Notes: generated from the sequence alone by a model not told the origin. A stretch of 64,000 nucleotides of DNA from Lama glama (GCA_028534125.1 CM052818.1:20524001-20588000); one strand, 5' to 3'. Positions 24,481 to 37,470 are shown, counted from the first letter of the stretch. Numbers and translations are program-made.

Positions 24481-25031
24481 CACCATCACACTCCACTGCC
24501 CCATCCCCTGCCTTCCTGGGCACAGGGCTGGACACATGCTGGGCTCCATACATACAGGTTTTACTGGTAGACAGTTCCTCAGTTGACTCTTAGGCTTCAC
24601 GTTTCAGACAGCCTCTCAGCTGCCTACAATTGAATTTCCAATATGAGATCTAAGATCCGTGGCTGCTTCTGTCTCAGTGGGTAATAATAATCTTTTGCAT
24701 TTGAACAAGGCTTTACCTTTTTTACAAGCACTGACAGATGATCTGTCCCCTGTACATCCTGCCTCCATCCCTCCTTCTCAGGATAACATCCCTGATTTTT
24801 GGACGGACCCAGGCTCAGCCAGTTAGTCCACTCCTGTCCAGCCTGTGTTTCTATAAGGTAAGTAGAACAAGGGTGTATAAGCCTCTTTTTCAGAGGCAGA
24901 ATCTCTACCCAGAGAGGTTGAGTGACTCACTCAAAGTCACACAGATTGTCTGAGTTGAGGCTGAGGCTAAGGCTAAAATCCAGGCTTCCTAGCTCTTGGT
25001 TCACTCTTCTTCCCACCTTAAGAGATGACAA

Positions 25032-25127
25032 GGGTGAGGAGTACAGCTCAGTGGTAGAACACGTGCTTGGCGTGCACAAGGTCCTGGGTTCAATCCCCAG
25101 TGCCTCCATTTAGGGGCAAAAAAGGAG
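25032..25127 (+). mobile_element. Vic-1-like tRNA-derived SINE
   Basis: cagctcagtggtagaacacgtgcttggcgtgcacaaggtcctgggttcaatccccagtgcctcc. TSD agagatgacaa at 25021-25031 and 25128-25138. Confidence 0.9.
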
Positions 25128-25329
25128 AGAGATGACAACAAACACTCCCAGGAGATTTCCCCTGGAGTGGAAGCCCCTGGACAGGAATATATGGATATGG
25201 ATATAGATGGGGATGGAGACAGGGAGAGAGAAGAGACAAACAGGAGAAGGTGTGCAGAGGTGTGAAGATATCTGTAATAATTACCATAATTTAAAGTTTT
25301 CATCTAAATTAGCACAGATGAGCATCAAA

Positions 25330-26000
25330 AGATTTAAATTTTTTCAATATTTCTAAATAATATTAACATTTTTAAAACAACATTAAATCCAAGTGGTTCA
25401 AAATTCAAGAATCACAAAAGGATATGCAGTAAAAAGACTCCCTGTCATGGACTTTCATTCTAGGGTCCATCTTTCTTCTTCTCCAGGCCTTCCCCTTCTT
25501 TCCATACTTTGGGAACCTGCTGTAACAATTTAGAAACCTTATCCCCTCCCTGAGCTGAGACCAACAACAATTTTTCTTCAAGTTCTACATGATGGTGACT
25601 GTTATTTTATTTTATGGGCAGTAGATAATACAGGAACACAATACAGATTCAGAAAGTACCAGAAAACAAACAATTATAATGAAAAGTTAGCCTCTCTTTT
25701 TTCTTTGACCCCCAGACCCCAGAAACTGTTACTCCTTTTTCTTGTTCCTTTCAACAAGAATCTCTGCAATTACAAGCATACCCATACGTTTTTTCCAACT
25801 CAAACAGTAGTCTGTTATGCACACTTATCTGTGTGTGTTTTTTCACTGAACAATCTCTCTTGGAGATCTTCACACCTGTCCTTACAGAGCTGTCTCCTTT
25901 TAATGGCTACATAATATTCCACTGTGTGGATGTACCACAAATTATCTGATGGACCTTTTGTTTGCCACCAAGAACAATGCTGCAAGAACCATAGACAATA
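25330..26000 (-). mobile_element. L1ME-type fragments
   Basis: tttttaatggctacataatattccactgtgtggatgtaccaca-type motif and tcttggagatcttc. Confidence 0.55.
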
Positions 26001-26004
26001 GCTG

Positions 26005-26815
26005 AGGGAATGGCTGCTAGTTCTCCACAGTATCTGTGCTCCCCTTCTTCCATAAGAGAATTTTATAAAGGGCATGTTTCCCACCCTCCCTTGCAACTAG
26101 GTGTGGCCAGGCGACTAAGTTCTGGCCATTGGATGTAAGCAGATGCACAGGTGGCAGTTTTTAGGAACTTTCCTTAAGGGAAAGCAGATGTACTCCCTTT
26201 GCTTGCCTCATCTTTATCTTGTCAGGAGAAGTTGTGAAATGGACAAAACTAATTGCTGGTGTCCTGTCTAGGGCATACTTCTGCATTACATCAGATTTTG
26301 GTTGTCTTTGAGCTAGTTTACAACTCTGAGTGGTAGAATATTGTCAATAATGCGAATGAGCCACATTCATAAAAATGCAAATTATGTCAATGGAGATGAA
26401 GTTGATATTGTGATGAATATTGATCCATTTTGTGTCTAATTGTAGGTTCATTTCAGCATTCTTGGCGGCCTGTGTGTGTGTTCAGCTCTCCTTTGAACCA
26501 GCTATATCATACTAGTTTCCTCATTAATCAAGTTAAATAAAAATCTTCACAATGTGTTTATTTTACATTTGTATGACAGAGATGATTTTACCTTTTCAAA
26601 AGTATCCTATTATAATCCTGCTGCTTGGAACACAGATGGCGCTGTCTTGGATAAGAAGTTCAAGACCACCATAGACAGAAGGAGCCAGCGCCCCTGAGAC
26701 CTGGGAGCATCCCACGCACCTTGGACTTCACTCAGATTTTTAAGTGCAATAAAGACACATGTCTATCTTGCTTAAGTCACTGTTACTCAGAGTTTTCTGT
26801 TATAGTCAAAACTAA
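26005..26815 (+). mobile_element. MLT1 (ERVL-MaLR) solo LTR interrupted by about 390 bp of unrelated sequence (26222-26612)
   Basis: cccttgcaactaggtgtggcc...actaagttctggcca...; resumes at cctgctgcttggaa...agacagaaggagcc...tcttgcttaagtcactgtta...ttttctgtta. Confidence 0.75.
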
Positions 26816-27305
26816 CAATGAAATAACTTTCAAGAGAAATTTTTACTAATAGAATATATAGTGATTTTATCTTTGCACAGCTGCAAATTCTCCTCTAGAC
26901 TGTTTTTGGCAGACATCATTAATCAGTCTGGTGTTTCTTTCCCTCCCCACCTCCAGAGCCCTCACTCAAAATGCTTCTTGAGGTCACATTCTAAATGGTC
27001 ATTAGTATCAAAAAGAGTTATGAATGACATTTAATTACCATTTCTGCTACAGGATAACAAATCAGCACAAGTTCCTCAACTATCCAGGTTCTAGCACAAA
27101 TGTATTGACTTGACCCTATCAAATTGAGAAGATTTAGATCAGCCAACTATAGGGACCTATGTGAAGGCCTGTAGAGTTTTCAGGATGAGGGAGGGTCTCA
27201 GCCCTTCCCATCAGTCCAGGATACCTCCAGCCCAAGGTCCTTGCCTGCAGCAAGTTCACTCACAGTCTTATACCCACATAAGTCACAGAAGGAGCAAGAC
27301 ACCTG

Positions 27306-27448
27306 TTGAGTTTTTGGTTTTTTTTCAGGGCGGGTAGATAATTAGGTTTATTTATTTATATACTTATTTTAATGGAGGGAATGCGGATTGAACCCAGGAC
27401 CTCATGCATGCTAAGCACGCGCTCTACCACTGAGCTATACCCTCCCTC
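27306..27448 (-). mobile_element. Vic-1-like tRNA-derived SINE
   Basis: Minus strand GAGGGTATAGCTCAGTGGTAGAGCGCGTGCTTAGCATGCATGAGGTCCTGGGTTCAATCC...aaataaataaacctaattatc followed by an A-rich tail. TSD caagacacctg at 27295-27305 and 27449-27459. Confidence 0.9.
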
Positions 27449-27939
27449 CAAGACACCTGGATAGATGAGTACCACCAGGCGCTAGATTCTGGGCAGACTG
27501 GCGCAGGGTATGGTAGTCATTTAGAAAGACTGGCCTGGTGGTGGGTAGGAGGCAGGATACGTAAAGAGACTGTAAACTATCATTCTACACATGCCCATCC
27601 CGAGTACAGCTGGAGAAGAAGCACTAGGCTAGAATCAGGGAAGAGTCGTCCCTTTCAGCTCTGCTCCTTATTAGCTCTCCTTTACTGAGTCTCAGATTCC
27701 TCATCTGAGACTGGACTAGATGACTCCCAGCCTTAAAAGTGTATGTTTCTTTCTACCTAGAACAAAACACCATCTCTGTAGCCTTAAGAGTATCTTCAGC
27801 TCAGCAGGACCAGGTACAGAGACAGCCCTCCCCCCACCCCCACTCCAGGCTGTGGGGGGCCTCCCATCCTGGCAGCTCCCTGGCAGCAAGCTCAGTGGCA
27901 AAGGAAGGGCAGGCAGAATTGGTGACTTCAGCGTTCTCT

Positions 27940-28160
27940 AGACGGTACACAAACAGGAAACCAGGGAAGGGTGATAATTGTTTAATCAGCTCTCCAGCAA
28001 CACCTGTTGAGTTCCCGCTAATGATGTGAAAAGCCCAGCGTACAGGGAATAATAGTTTTTTGCAGTGATTAGCGTTGATCGCCATGTACCATCAAAGGTG
28101 ACAGGAACAGTATTCCCCTGACAATTTTCTACAGTGCCTTTTCTCAAACTTCCAAGCCCA
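27940..28160. promoter_or_regulatory. Putative enhancer
   Basis: catcaaagg (TCF/LEF, 28090-28098) abutting tgacag (MEIS), E-box cacctg, TAAT cores, retained CpGs. Confidence 0.4.
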
Positions 28161-28644
28161 CAAATATCAACTGATCCAGAAGGTATACTTTGAGTGTCTA
28201 CCATTGGTGCTCATCAGGGTAAAAACATACATTGAATGCTGAAGGGGAAAGAAAGAACTGGAAGGCTCACTCCTTGCCAGCCAGGCACCTACAACCCTAA
28301 CCTGGGAGAAGACCAACCTCCAGAGAAGTTAACTGGCGATAAAAGCAGCAGTGAGTGGGTTGGATCCTGAGGGTTACAGATGATCAGAGAGGCAGTGACC
28401 AGTAAGGGCTGGCATGCCCTGGACTAGTCTGAGGGGACTGAGTTCTGAGCGCAGCCTTGCAAGACGGATAAGATACCAGTTAGGAAATGGAAAGAACATT
28501 CCAGGTACAGGGAGCGGCCCAGCAAGAGAGTAGAAATGTCCTTTGTATTTTCAAAAGGGAGACCAGCTTGGCTATTTAACACAAACTAGACAGAGTCTGT
28601 GTTAAAGAGGGAAAGAAAGCAGAAATGGCGATGGGCGTCTGGAG

Positions 28645-28822
28645 CAGTGATCCTCAAACCTGTATGTGCACCAGAGGCTTGCTAAAGCACAGCTCGCTGG
28701 GCTCCACCCCCAGGGTGTCTGATTCGGGAGGTCTGGGGTGGAGCCTCAGAATTTGTATTTCTAACAGGTTCCCAGGTGATGCTGATGCCGCTGGTCCGTG
28801 GACCACACTTTGAGAACCACTG
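28645..28822 (-). mobile_element. MER5A (hAT-Charlie) MITE
   Basis: Termini cagtgatcctcaaa... and ...tttgagaaccactg. Internal tttctaacaggttcccaggtgatgctgatgc. Confidence 0.9.
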
Positions 28823-29224
28823 AACCAGACTGTAGAGGGCCATGAATGTCTAACGGCTGGTAGCTCTGGGAGGTCTCTCCCCAGGGAGAGATGGAATGGG
28901 AGTGGTGCTTTGTTTAATTTGCACCCTGCTCTTTTCGGATTCTATGAATAGCTTTCTGCCCTTTGCTATTTTCTGTTTTTGTAGAGCTAGGATCAGGAGA
29001 TATCAGCCACTACCTACCACCTCTACCCCACTCCCACTTCTCATTTCTAAGTGAAACATGTTGCTTTCAAGAGAAATTAGTGGTCTTGATTCTGGGCCAT
29101 TAGCAGAGAACAGAAACTACTGTCCAGTTGGAGATTCCCCTTTCTTTAAAAATTGCCACGTGAGTTTGAGAAGGCCATGTTGGATCATTCCAGTGTTACT
29201 ATCTGTGAGCTTCTGTGTGATAGA

Positions 29225-29410
29225 CACAGTGCTTCCCCCAATGTGTACATTACATTTTTAGAACAACATTGTAAGGTAGGGATTATCATCCCCATTTTAC
29301 AGATGAAAAAAAATGAGGCTGAGACCAGTTAAGTGGCTTGCTCAAGATCACATCTGCTAAAAGGCAGAGCCAGTATGCAAAACCAGGGTCTACCTGCTCC
29401 CCAGCCTGTC
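29225..29410 (-). mobile_element. MIR SINE
   Basis: attatcatccccattttacagatgaa...gttaagtggcttgctcaagatcaca. Confidence 0.85.
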
Positions 29411-29749
29411 CGTAGCAGGCCTGCACCCTGTGGCCTGTCCTGCTTCATCCACCCAGACCCACAGAGAGCTCATGGATGCTGCTTCAGTCCAGTCTTGTCA
29501 GCCTCAGAGAGGACTGTCTACAGTGGCTCTCTATGCAAAACGTCCTCAGGGACTCAACTTCTAAACCAGCCTCTCAGAAGTTCTGAGTGTCAAGCCCCCA
29601 CCCCTCTGGCAGAGGCCCCAGGGGTTTCAGAGCTTCCTCAGCCCCTGCCCTCGGGCCCGGCACACTCTCCTTTCCACCCTACCCCCTACCCAGGACCGCC
29701 CTCATCTGCACTCAATCTGAGAACAAGTGAGGGGAAAGAATCAAGAGAT

Positions 29750-30056
29750 ATGAGTGAAATAAGCCAGTCACAGAAAGACAAATACAGTATGACGCCAAAT
29801 GGATGAGTTACCGAGGGTAGTCAAATTCATGGAGTCGGAGAGCAGCGTGGGTGGCCAGGGGCTGAGGGAAGGGGAATGGGAGTCTGTTTAATGGGCACAG
29901 AGTTTTAGCTGGGAGAAAGAAAAGCGCTCTGGAGAGAGACGGTGGTGATGCCTGCACAACAATGTTGAATGTACTTAACGCCACGAACTGTACACTCGAA
30001 AACGGTTAAGATGTGAATTTTATGTTATGTATATTTGACCATAATTTAATAAATGA
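29750..30056 (+). mobile_element. L1MB-type 3' end
   Basis: agtgaaataagccagtcacagaaagacaaatac...gtttaatgggcacagagttt...gaatgtacttaacgccac...ttttatgttatgtatattt. Confidence 0.85.
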
Positions 30057-30869
30057 ATGAGTCCAGGGAAAGAAGCAAACTGGACCTCTTGAGTCCTGTT
30101 CCAGCCAGTCTCCTCATCCACTGCTCACAGATGTGCAGCAGGAAGTGAAAGTGGACCTGAGCTGAGGGAGGGATGGACATGCTTGAGCGGGGGCAGGGCG
30201 GTGCCGCTGACATGCAAATCGTGGGATAATAACACTGTGTACGTGTAGGGTCCTCCTCAGTCCACAAGCTTTCTCACACACGTGGGCTCGTTCAGTTGAT
30301 GAACTGGCCAAGATTCCCAGAGCAAAACTCTTCTAGAATCCACCTTCTCAATGCTATGCCTGTGAATTAAGAACTTTCCCCTTGAAGCTTGGCAAGAGGG
30401 CCCCAGTGTCACCTCCTCCAATCCCCTGGGGCTGCTGAAATCTCTTGAGCTCAATTCAGCAAACATTGACTGAGTGGGACATGGAAGCCCAAGGTCATGG
30501 ACACAGACACACTGGATGGCTGTGTGACCTTGGGCAAGTTCCTTGGCCACTCGGAAGGTCATTTCTTTCTGTGTGAAACAGGAGGGCAGTGATAGGAGCA
30601 ATGACATAGTGCCAACGCTCAGCACAAGCTCTTGATAAATGAAGATTCTTTCAAGCTCTTTAATTGCCTTAATCTGATCTTGTAAAACTCCCTCTATCCC
30701 CCGGAAGTCACGGCCCAGGGGACAGACAAGAAAGCCCAAACACAGGTAAACAGCATCACAGTGGGCTGTGTGAGTGGGCATGGGTGCTGAACTCAGCTGG
30801 GAAAGGGGGATTCATCTCTAATCATGTGCCTTCTCCTCACCAAGCTATAAATTCCTTAAGAGACCCTAT

Positions 30870-31070
30870 GTGTAGTGGTTAAGTCTATACAACTATGTGT
30901 CCAGACTAGGTTTGAGTCCAGCTGTGTGATCTTGGGAAAGTTACTTAACCTCTCTGGGCCTCTATTGTCTCATCTATAAAACAGCGATCATAAAGGTAGT
31001 GTCTAACTCATAGGGTTCCTATAAAGATTGGATAAATTAATGCTAGAACAGTACCTGAAAAGGAGAAGAA
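30870..31070 (+). mobile_element. MIR SINE
   Basis: gctgtgtgatcttgggaaagttacttaacctctctgggcctc...catctataaaa. Confidence 0.85.
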
Positions 31071-31714
31071 GATACTTATAGCTTAGCTAGTCTAATTACC
31101 AAGTCTTCAACTTGTCTTTTGTATTCCCTTCTCTTCTGCTTCCACAAATCTAACCTCATTCTAGAAAGGATTTAGGCAGCAGAAGTGGGAACAGACACGA
31201 AGTGCTCAAAAAATAGTTGAGGAAATCAACTGAACAGAGAATTTAAAAGGCTTAAAACAAAACCTCTCACCTCCCAAAGAAGCAAACAAATAGAGACGCC
31301 TTTTGAAACAATCAAATTTGATTCCTGGTCAACCTTCATGTGCTCACTTGCTCTAATCTCTGATTTCCAACATCCAGACAGCAACACAGTGGAGCCTCCT
31401 GCCAGAGACTTAAGTCTCTCAGTCTCTATATTCACTGGTTGGGGCTGGGGGAGCAGAAGAGCCATCTTTCCTCACTTAGCCTGAGAGCTGAATTGCTTTC
31501 CAAGTGGCGCCATATTCCTTCCCCATAGTGTTGGCCTCTGTGAGGAGCTGGCCAACTCCAAAGTACATGGAGCTTTCTGGAACAGCTTGCAGAGGTTTTC
31601 CCAGGGCTTGGTCCTTCCACTACCCACAGTCTTCAGCAACTCAGTGTAGGCGAAGTTGTTCCTAAACAGGACAAAGCCTTTCCTGATTTGCTTTGCCCAA
31701 CCCAGGCCAGGATC

Positions 31715-31885
31715 TCTCAGCCCTGGAAGACCATTAGAATAACCTGCAGTTACCAGATGCGGCGTGCTCAGGTTTTCTCCTCCAGATTCTGGTCAGGAGG
31801 TCTGGGGTGGGGCCGGGGCATTTGTATGTTTCAGTGCTGCTCCAGGTAATGCTGATGCTTAGCCAGGCTTGAGAGCCACTCCACT
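31715..31885. mobile_element. MER5-family MITE
   Basis: attagaataacctg...ggtctggggtgggg...ccaggtaatgctgatg...cttgagagccact. Confidence 0.7.
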
Positions 31886-34169
31886 ATCTTTCCTGACAGC
31901 TCTCGGCTTTGGCTACACAGCATTAATCTTGCTGTCCTGGCTATAGCATCTTCATAAAGCTCTCGTGTGGGCCATACACTGAGCACTCACGGCAGGAAAG
32001 ACACGGAACAAAGACAAATCAGCCACAGACAGCCTGGACACCCCAGGAGCCCCATCCAGTAAGGGAGAAACGGGCTCCTGCAAGACAGCAAATCTGAGGC
32101 TGGGCTCAAACTTGTGACCAAAGATCCCTCTCCCAGGATGGGAATCCTGACTTCTGGCTTTACCCATTTAAACAGCATCCTCTCTGCAGAATCTCTGAAA
32201 GTTCAGACAGACTATCTTATGGGACTACCCACCCCCCAAAAAAGCATATGTTGTTTAAAATTAACTAAACTGACAGTGTATACAATATTTTGGGGGGAAG
32301 CACTCATTACTAAAACATTTCAGAAACGGTTTACTAAACATTTATTCCACTGGCCTAAATAGAGTGTAGCCCATAGTGGCCGAGCCAGCACTCATCACCG
32401 CTAAGGACGTAACAAATTTAGGACCATCTAAATCCAAGCCATCAACAGATATTAAAGGCCAGCTTACAGCTGGAAGCAGAGAGGGATTAAAATTAAAAGT
32501 CTTCCAATGACCACTCTCTTAAGTCATACGTGACAAGCAGGGCCAAAGGGATTCTAGCTAACCCTCTCTATCTCTGATGATACCAGAGGGAAAAGTGTAG
32601 TCACAGGCCACCCTCCAATGGCAATTCATGGCCAAAGGCAGCTGATACTGCCCATGTGGCAAGATCCCAGTGGGGAACACATAATGGAAACTTGATGATT
32701 CAGGGTTAGTAGCAGCTCCTATAAACCCACACAGACCCCAAAGCACTGTCCAATAGTCTTGTAACAAGATTTCATTTCAAGTGCCTTATTTTGCAGGGCA
32801 AAATGGTCACAACTATGAGGCCACATCATCTGGTACAATTCCAACAACTGGGCATCACCAAATCTTGTTCTCTCGCATCTAAACATCTCCCCTTTCCTCC
32901 AGGACTGGTAGTGGTTATTAATATGATTTCTCTGACAGCCACCACTGTCTGAGACATTTCAAATTTTGAATTTTTCATCAAAATAGCTTGAGCATATTGT
33001 TTAGAAATCAGGTTCCAACTTTCAAGCCATCTTTTACTTTTGCTTTAAAAAATATGCATGTCTGTCCACCAATCTACATTTTGTAATATTTCTCATAAAA
33101 TGAGTCCACTTCCACTCAAGTTTGGTTATAGTTCACAACACTTGAGCCTTCCTCAGTAAACAGGTGATGATAGTGAAACTGCATTGTAGACAGGTGCTAG
33201 CTGTGTTCTCAAGTCAGGGACTAAAAATGCTGAATGGTCAAAAAATAGCCTAGAAAATCTGAAATCATCCATTCCATAGAGTGTGTCTATTGTGTATGCT
33301 TATGTTTCTACGTCCAATGATTTTAATTCACACTGAAGTCTGAAAACCACTGAACTGGATCTTTATGGAAGGAACAAAAGGAAAGCCCAAAGGTATTCAT
33401 AAGACTCTCTGCTTTTAGAGATCTCTCGAAGCCGCTGCCATGAAAGGGGGCTGAGAGGAGTGGTCTGAAATCTTTTGGCTTCCCTGGAGAGTTTACTCCA
33501 TTTGTTTAGAATTGTGCCTTAGTAGATTTTAATTTGTTTGTCATTGTGAAGATTAAGCCAGAAGACAGCCTCATCTTCAGTGGGAGGTCGGCTGTTAAGG
33601 GCCTTATAAACAGCCTGACTCTGTTGAGATTTTCAAAACACACTCACGTTGATGACAGCAGTTCATCTGATCTCAGACATCATCACTTTTAAGATGAACC
33701 ATTATTTAGCTAGCATTAAGGGAAAAAATGCTGCCAATTAACGTATACAAACATTCGTAAGACTTATCTGGAATTCACATATGCTAAAAGGCACAAAACT
33801 GTGCATCTTAGACTCAAAGGAACACCGTATTGCTTTTAAAACTCAACCTAGATGGTAGGTAGTATTATCCACGTTTTGCAAAAAAGGAAAGGAGGAGAGA
33901 TACAGGATGGGTCCCAGGCCCAGGGCGAGTTCATGCAGCAAAGCTGGAACCCTGACTCAATTTCCCAACCAGTTCCAGTCACCACCCTTGGACCCACAGT
34001 GCTCTCACTCCCTCGGGCAAGGCAACCTGCCTGGTGACTGACAGGAGACACAGGGAAGGACATCCTCTCTGGGACCTCACCTCCAGTCCCACAGAACCTC
34101 CACTCTCATTGTGTCCCCCAGGCGTTCTGCAGACCCGTCTTTACCAGCTCCCAACTTGTACCCCTCATG

Positions 34170-34850
34170 CCCCCACCCACCCTACTCATCACTAAGTCCT
34201 GTGGATTCTGCCTTCCGAATATTTCTCCAGTCCTCCCCTTCCATTCTGATTAACACACTCCAGTGTTTCTCACCTTTGGCCTGGATTCTAGAACAGCCCT
34301 CATATTGGTTCTCTCCTCTGGTCTTCTCTCCAAATGCATCACTGACAAAATCATTTCAAAATCTAGTCTCTAACAAGGCACTAAAAATGTCCACTCTTCA
34401 GCTTCAAATCCTTCCATCACGGCCTATGAGGCCAAGGAGGGGGCACCCGAGCCTAGCAAGTCAGGCCCCAGGTGGGGCTGACCTTCTCCAGCCTCATCTC
34501 CCATCACCCTCCATCAGACCTCATACACCCTGCTGCTTAGACTTCCCAGAACCCTCCAACGCTGTCACTTGCCTCTGCTTTTACTTGCACTGTTCCCCCT
34601 TCCTGGAATCTCTTTACCAGCTAATTCTTACCTATCTTCTGAGACTTGCTGACAAATCTTTTGTGACACAGGTCAGTGATCCATTTCTTTGTGGGACCCT
34701 GGGGTCAGTGTACTGTCATGATCTCTCTCTCTCCACCTCGTAGGGTGGATCTGAATCACCTGGTGGGGAGGCGCAGGGACCACGGCTCATTCGCACTAGT
34801 GTGTGAGAGCCTAGACCAGTGCATGGTGCACAGGAGACAAATCATGACTA
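34170..34850 (+). mobile_element. L2 LINE fragment
   Basis: ctaagtcctgtggattctgcct...ttgcactgttccccttcctggaat...gcctagaccagtgcatggtgcacagg. Confidence 0.65.
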
Positions 34851-36479
34851 GTTTGGAAGGAAGAAGGGAAACCAGCTCGACTAGTTCTGCTCCAACCTCC
34901 TTGTCCAGTTTTAATGATGAGAGTTTTAAGTTATTCTTCTGCCTTGAACTCCATAGGTGGAAACTCCCCATGAGGCTTACACCATGGACTTGACCCTCCT
35001 GCCCAACAGCCAGTTCTGCCAAATTATGACTCTTTCTTGTCCTTCTCTCTGGTCCTTAGTCCTTCTGGGGGATGGAGGCTGCCCTTGAACTTGAGTCCAA
35101 CACTGGGTTCTCAGTGCCTGTTACCAGAGCCTGTAGCCAACTTCCTATTAAAACCTCTTTCGGTACCTGCCATGTGGTGCGGGTCTACTGGGGCTGTGGC
35201 CCTCCAGGCCCGGCCTGGGACCATGGCCAAAGACACAGGTGACCCGACTGCTCTCTGGAATGTGTGGGCCTAGTGTGGGCCTTCAGAGAAGTGCTCCTGC
35301 CCGGGCGATTCAGGCCAGGGTTCCCCACGTTCTCAGAGTTGACATCCCATACTGCTTATCTTTGCCTGTTCTGTTACTTCCCGTCTCTTGAAAACACCCA
35401 ACCCCCAGCCGGTGGCTGGACCAACAGCGTTTACAACATTGCTTCATGAATTTGTTGTAACACATCACCCAGTGTGGGGCAGTGACCTCTCCTGCACCAC
35501 TCCCACCCTACTCCCAGCAGCTGTATTTTCATCTACTCAATGTCATACAACCGAGAGAACTAGGTAGGAAGTCCCTGAGAACCTGGAGGAGACTACCCAC
35601 ATACCCGTCCTCCCCATCCCCAGGGCTGCCAAGGGGGCAGTACCGCACCGTGGCTCTCCTCGCCTTGTGGATGGCAAGTCCGCATATCCAGAAGCTAAGG
35701 CTTACCTCACTCAGCTGCAACCTGGAGATGCGACTCCAGCCCCTGATCCTGCCTGTGGCGGGCAGCCCTGGCCCGGACCTGGGCTCCGATTTTGATAACT
35801 ACTCCCTCCACCATCTCAGCGAGAAGAAACCCAGTCTGTCCTGTGGATATACCGCAGATCTAGGCATGAGGGGCCTTGCCCTGGACCCCAGGCTTGGAAA
35901 GCCACGTGTATCACAACATACAAAAAAGTTTAATTTATTAAAAAAAAGCACATGGTACTTTTGTGGCTAAGGAGCCAACACACAGTACAGACCCAGGGTG
36001 ACGCGTTACCCTAAATGTCCACTCTTGGACCAACATAATTCAGGCCCCAGGGACCCACATCTCCTGTCCTAGGTCCTCAAAACCAAAGACGACTAGGTCC
36101 ACAGGCCAGGAGGATGTGGGGGCCATGCTGCTTTGAACGGTGGGGTCAGACCCTGCTCTGGAGTGTGGGGAGATGTGAGTGATCTAGGTGCTTAGGTAAG
36201 AGAGTTAACACACTAATTAATGTGAACAATTCTTCATTTCATATCACATGAATGAATACAATGGACTCTTTCATAACCAAGTATATTTCTCAGCACCACC
36301 AAGCCATCACGTTCTTGCCTCACTTTGCATCCCAATTCCTGGTTCCAGAAACACTCCTGAATTCATATGGCATTGGTGGCTGCACCTGGCAGCTGAGGAA
36401 CATTCTGCAGTACGGATTCATATGACTCTTAAATGTGTGTAGACTTAGGTCTAGACATAGCAAGAGAAAGATGATATTG

Positions 36480-37320
36480 ACTCTGCATATTGGCAACTAG
36501 ATGGACTGGAATCCTAAAACTGTGAATAGTTTTCCCTTTATAAAAACATTTTTAAAGATTTAATTAATTTTTCAAAAGTTAACATTTTATCTTCATGTAA
36601 GTAAATTTTATTTAAAGTTTAATCTTCATTAATTATATTAACATGTTGCCTTTTAATTTCATGAGGTAATTTTGAATATTCTGGAAGAAAAATAATTTTT
36701 TGAAAACATCAGTTTAATTTTTTAATTTTTATATTTACTCTAATTTATGTATTTGATTAAAGATATATTCAATTTTTATATACCTTGAAAATAATATAAC
36801 TATTTATTGTGTAATTCTTTAACTCACTGAGAATATGGAACCGCAGTAGAAACAGAAAAGAAAGTGGAGCTCAGGGAAAAGAAAAAAAATTTAAAAGAAA
36901 AAAAGAACAGAAAATCAGTAATGAAGGAAAACTTTTTAAATTAAAAATTTTTTAGAAACCAAAAACATTGAAAGAAAAGAGATTTGCATAGAGCTCGGCC
37001 TACATACAATTTGAAACAGAATTTTCTTGATTTAATAAAGATTCAAGACTTAATTATTGATCAAAACAATGCAAACAGCAAGAAAAATATTTCCACCCAA
37101 TGTGCAAACTGAACTTGACATTTTGCTAACTTTCGATTGTAAAAACTCTGGGTTTATACATCTTTGAATTTTGTTATTCTGAAGGTATATTTGTCAAGCT
37201 AGGAAGCTAGGGCATATTTTACTTATCAGTAAACAGTCAATTTGTTTGACTTCGATATTTAGGTACATGGAGCGCAGACTGATGTTGGCACCTATACCAG
37301 GTCCAACTGCTGGAGGCAGG
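36480..37320 (+). mobile_element. Probable decayed hAT (Tip100-like) DNA transposon remnant
   Basis: Very AT-rich block. 36860-36952 translates as ESGAQGKEKKFKRKKEQKISNEGKLFKLKIF, resembling the SGAQxRK basic N-terminus I recall from hAT-Tip100 transposases. Confidence 0.45.
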
Positions 37321-37344
37321 CATGTACACGAGCCTAAGCAGGAA

Positions 37345-37470
37345 GCAGTGGGCCTCAGTGGTAAGAATGTGGACTTTCAAGTCACACCTCTGCTGCTTGC
37401 TAGCTAGAGGGCTTCTGGGAGCCTCAGTTTCCACATCTGTAAAATGGACATGGTAAACCCTAGCTTGTAT
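37345..37470 (+). mobile_element. MIR SINE
   Basis: gcctcagtttccacatctgtaaaatgg. Confidence 0.7.

Noticed and set aside
27373..27447. Functional tRNA-Ala gene (also the copies at 21105, 24047, 25032)
   Set aside because: A-rich tails, target-site duplications and broken stems identify them as SINEs.
34111..34743. 210-aa ORF
   Set aside because: Lies within an L2 fragment and has pyrimidine-biased composition.
35706..35840. 135-nt minus-strand coding exon (cag|GACAG...GAG|gtaagc)
   Set aside because: The donor is good but the pyrimidine tract is poor, and all three frames contain a stop. At most a non-coding or cryptic exon.
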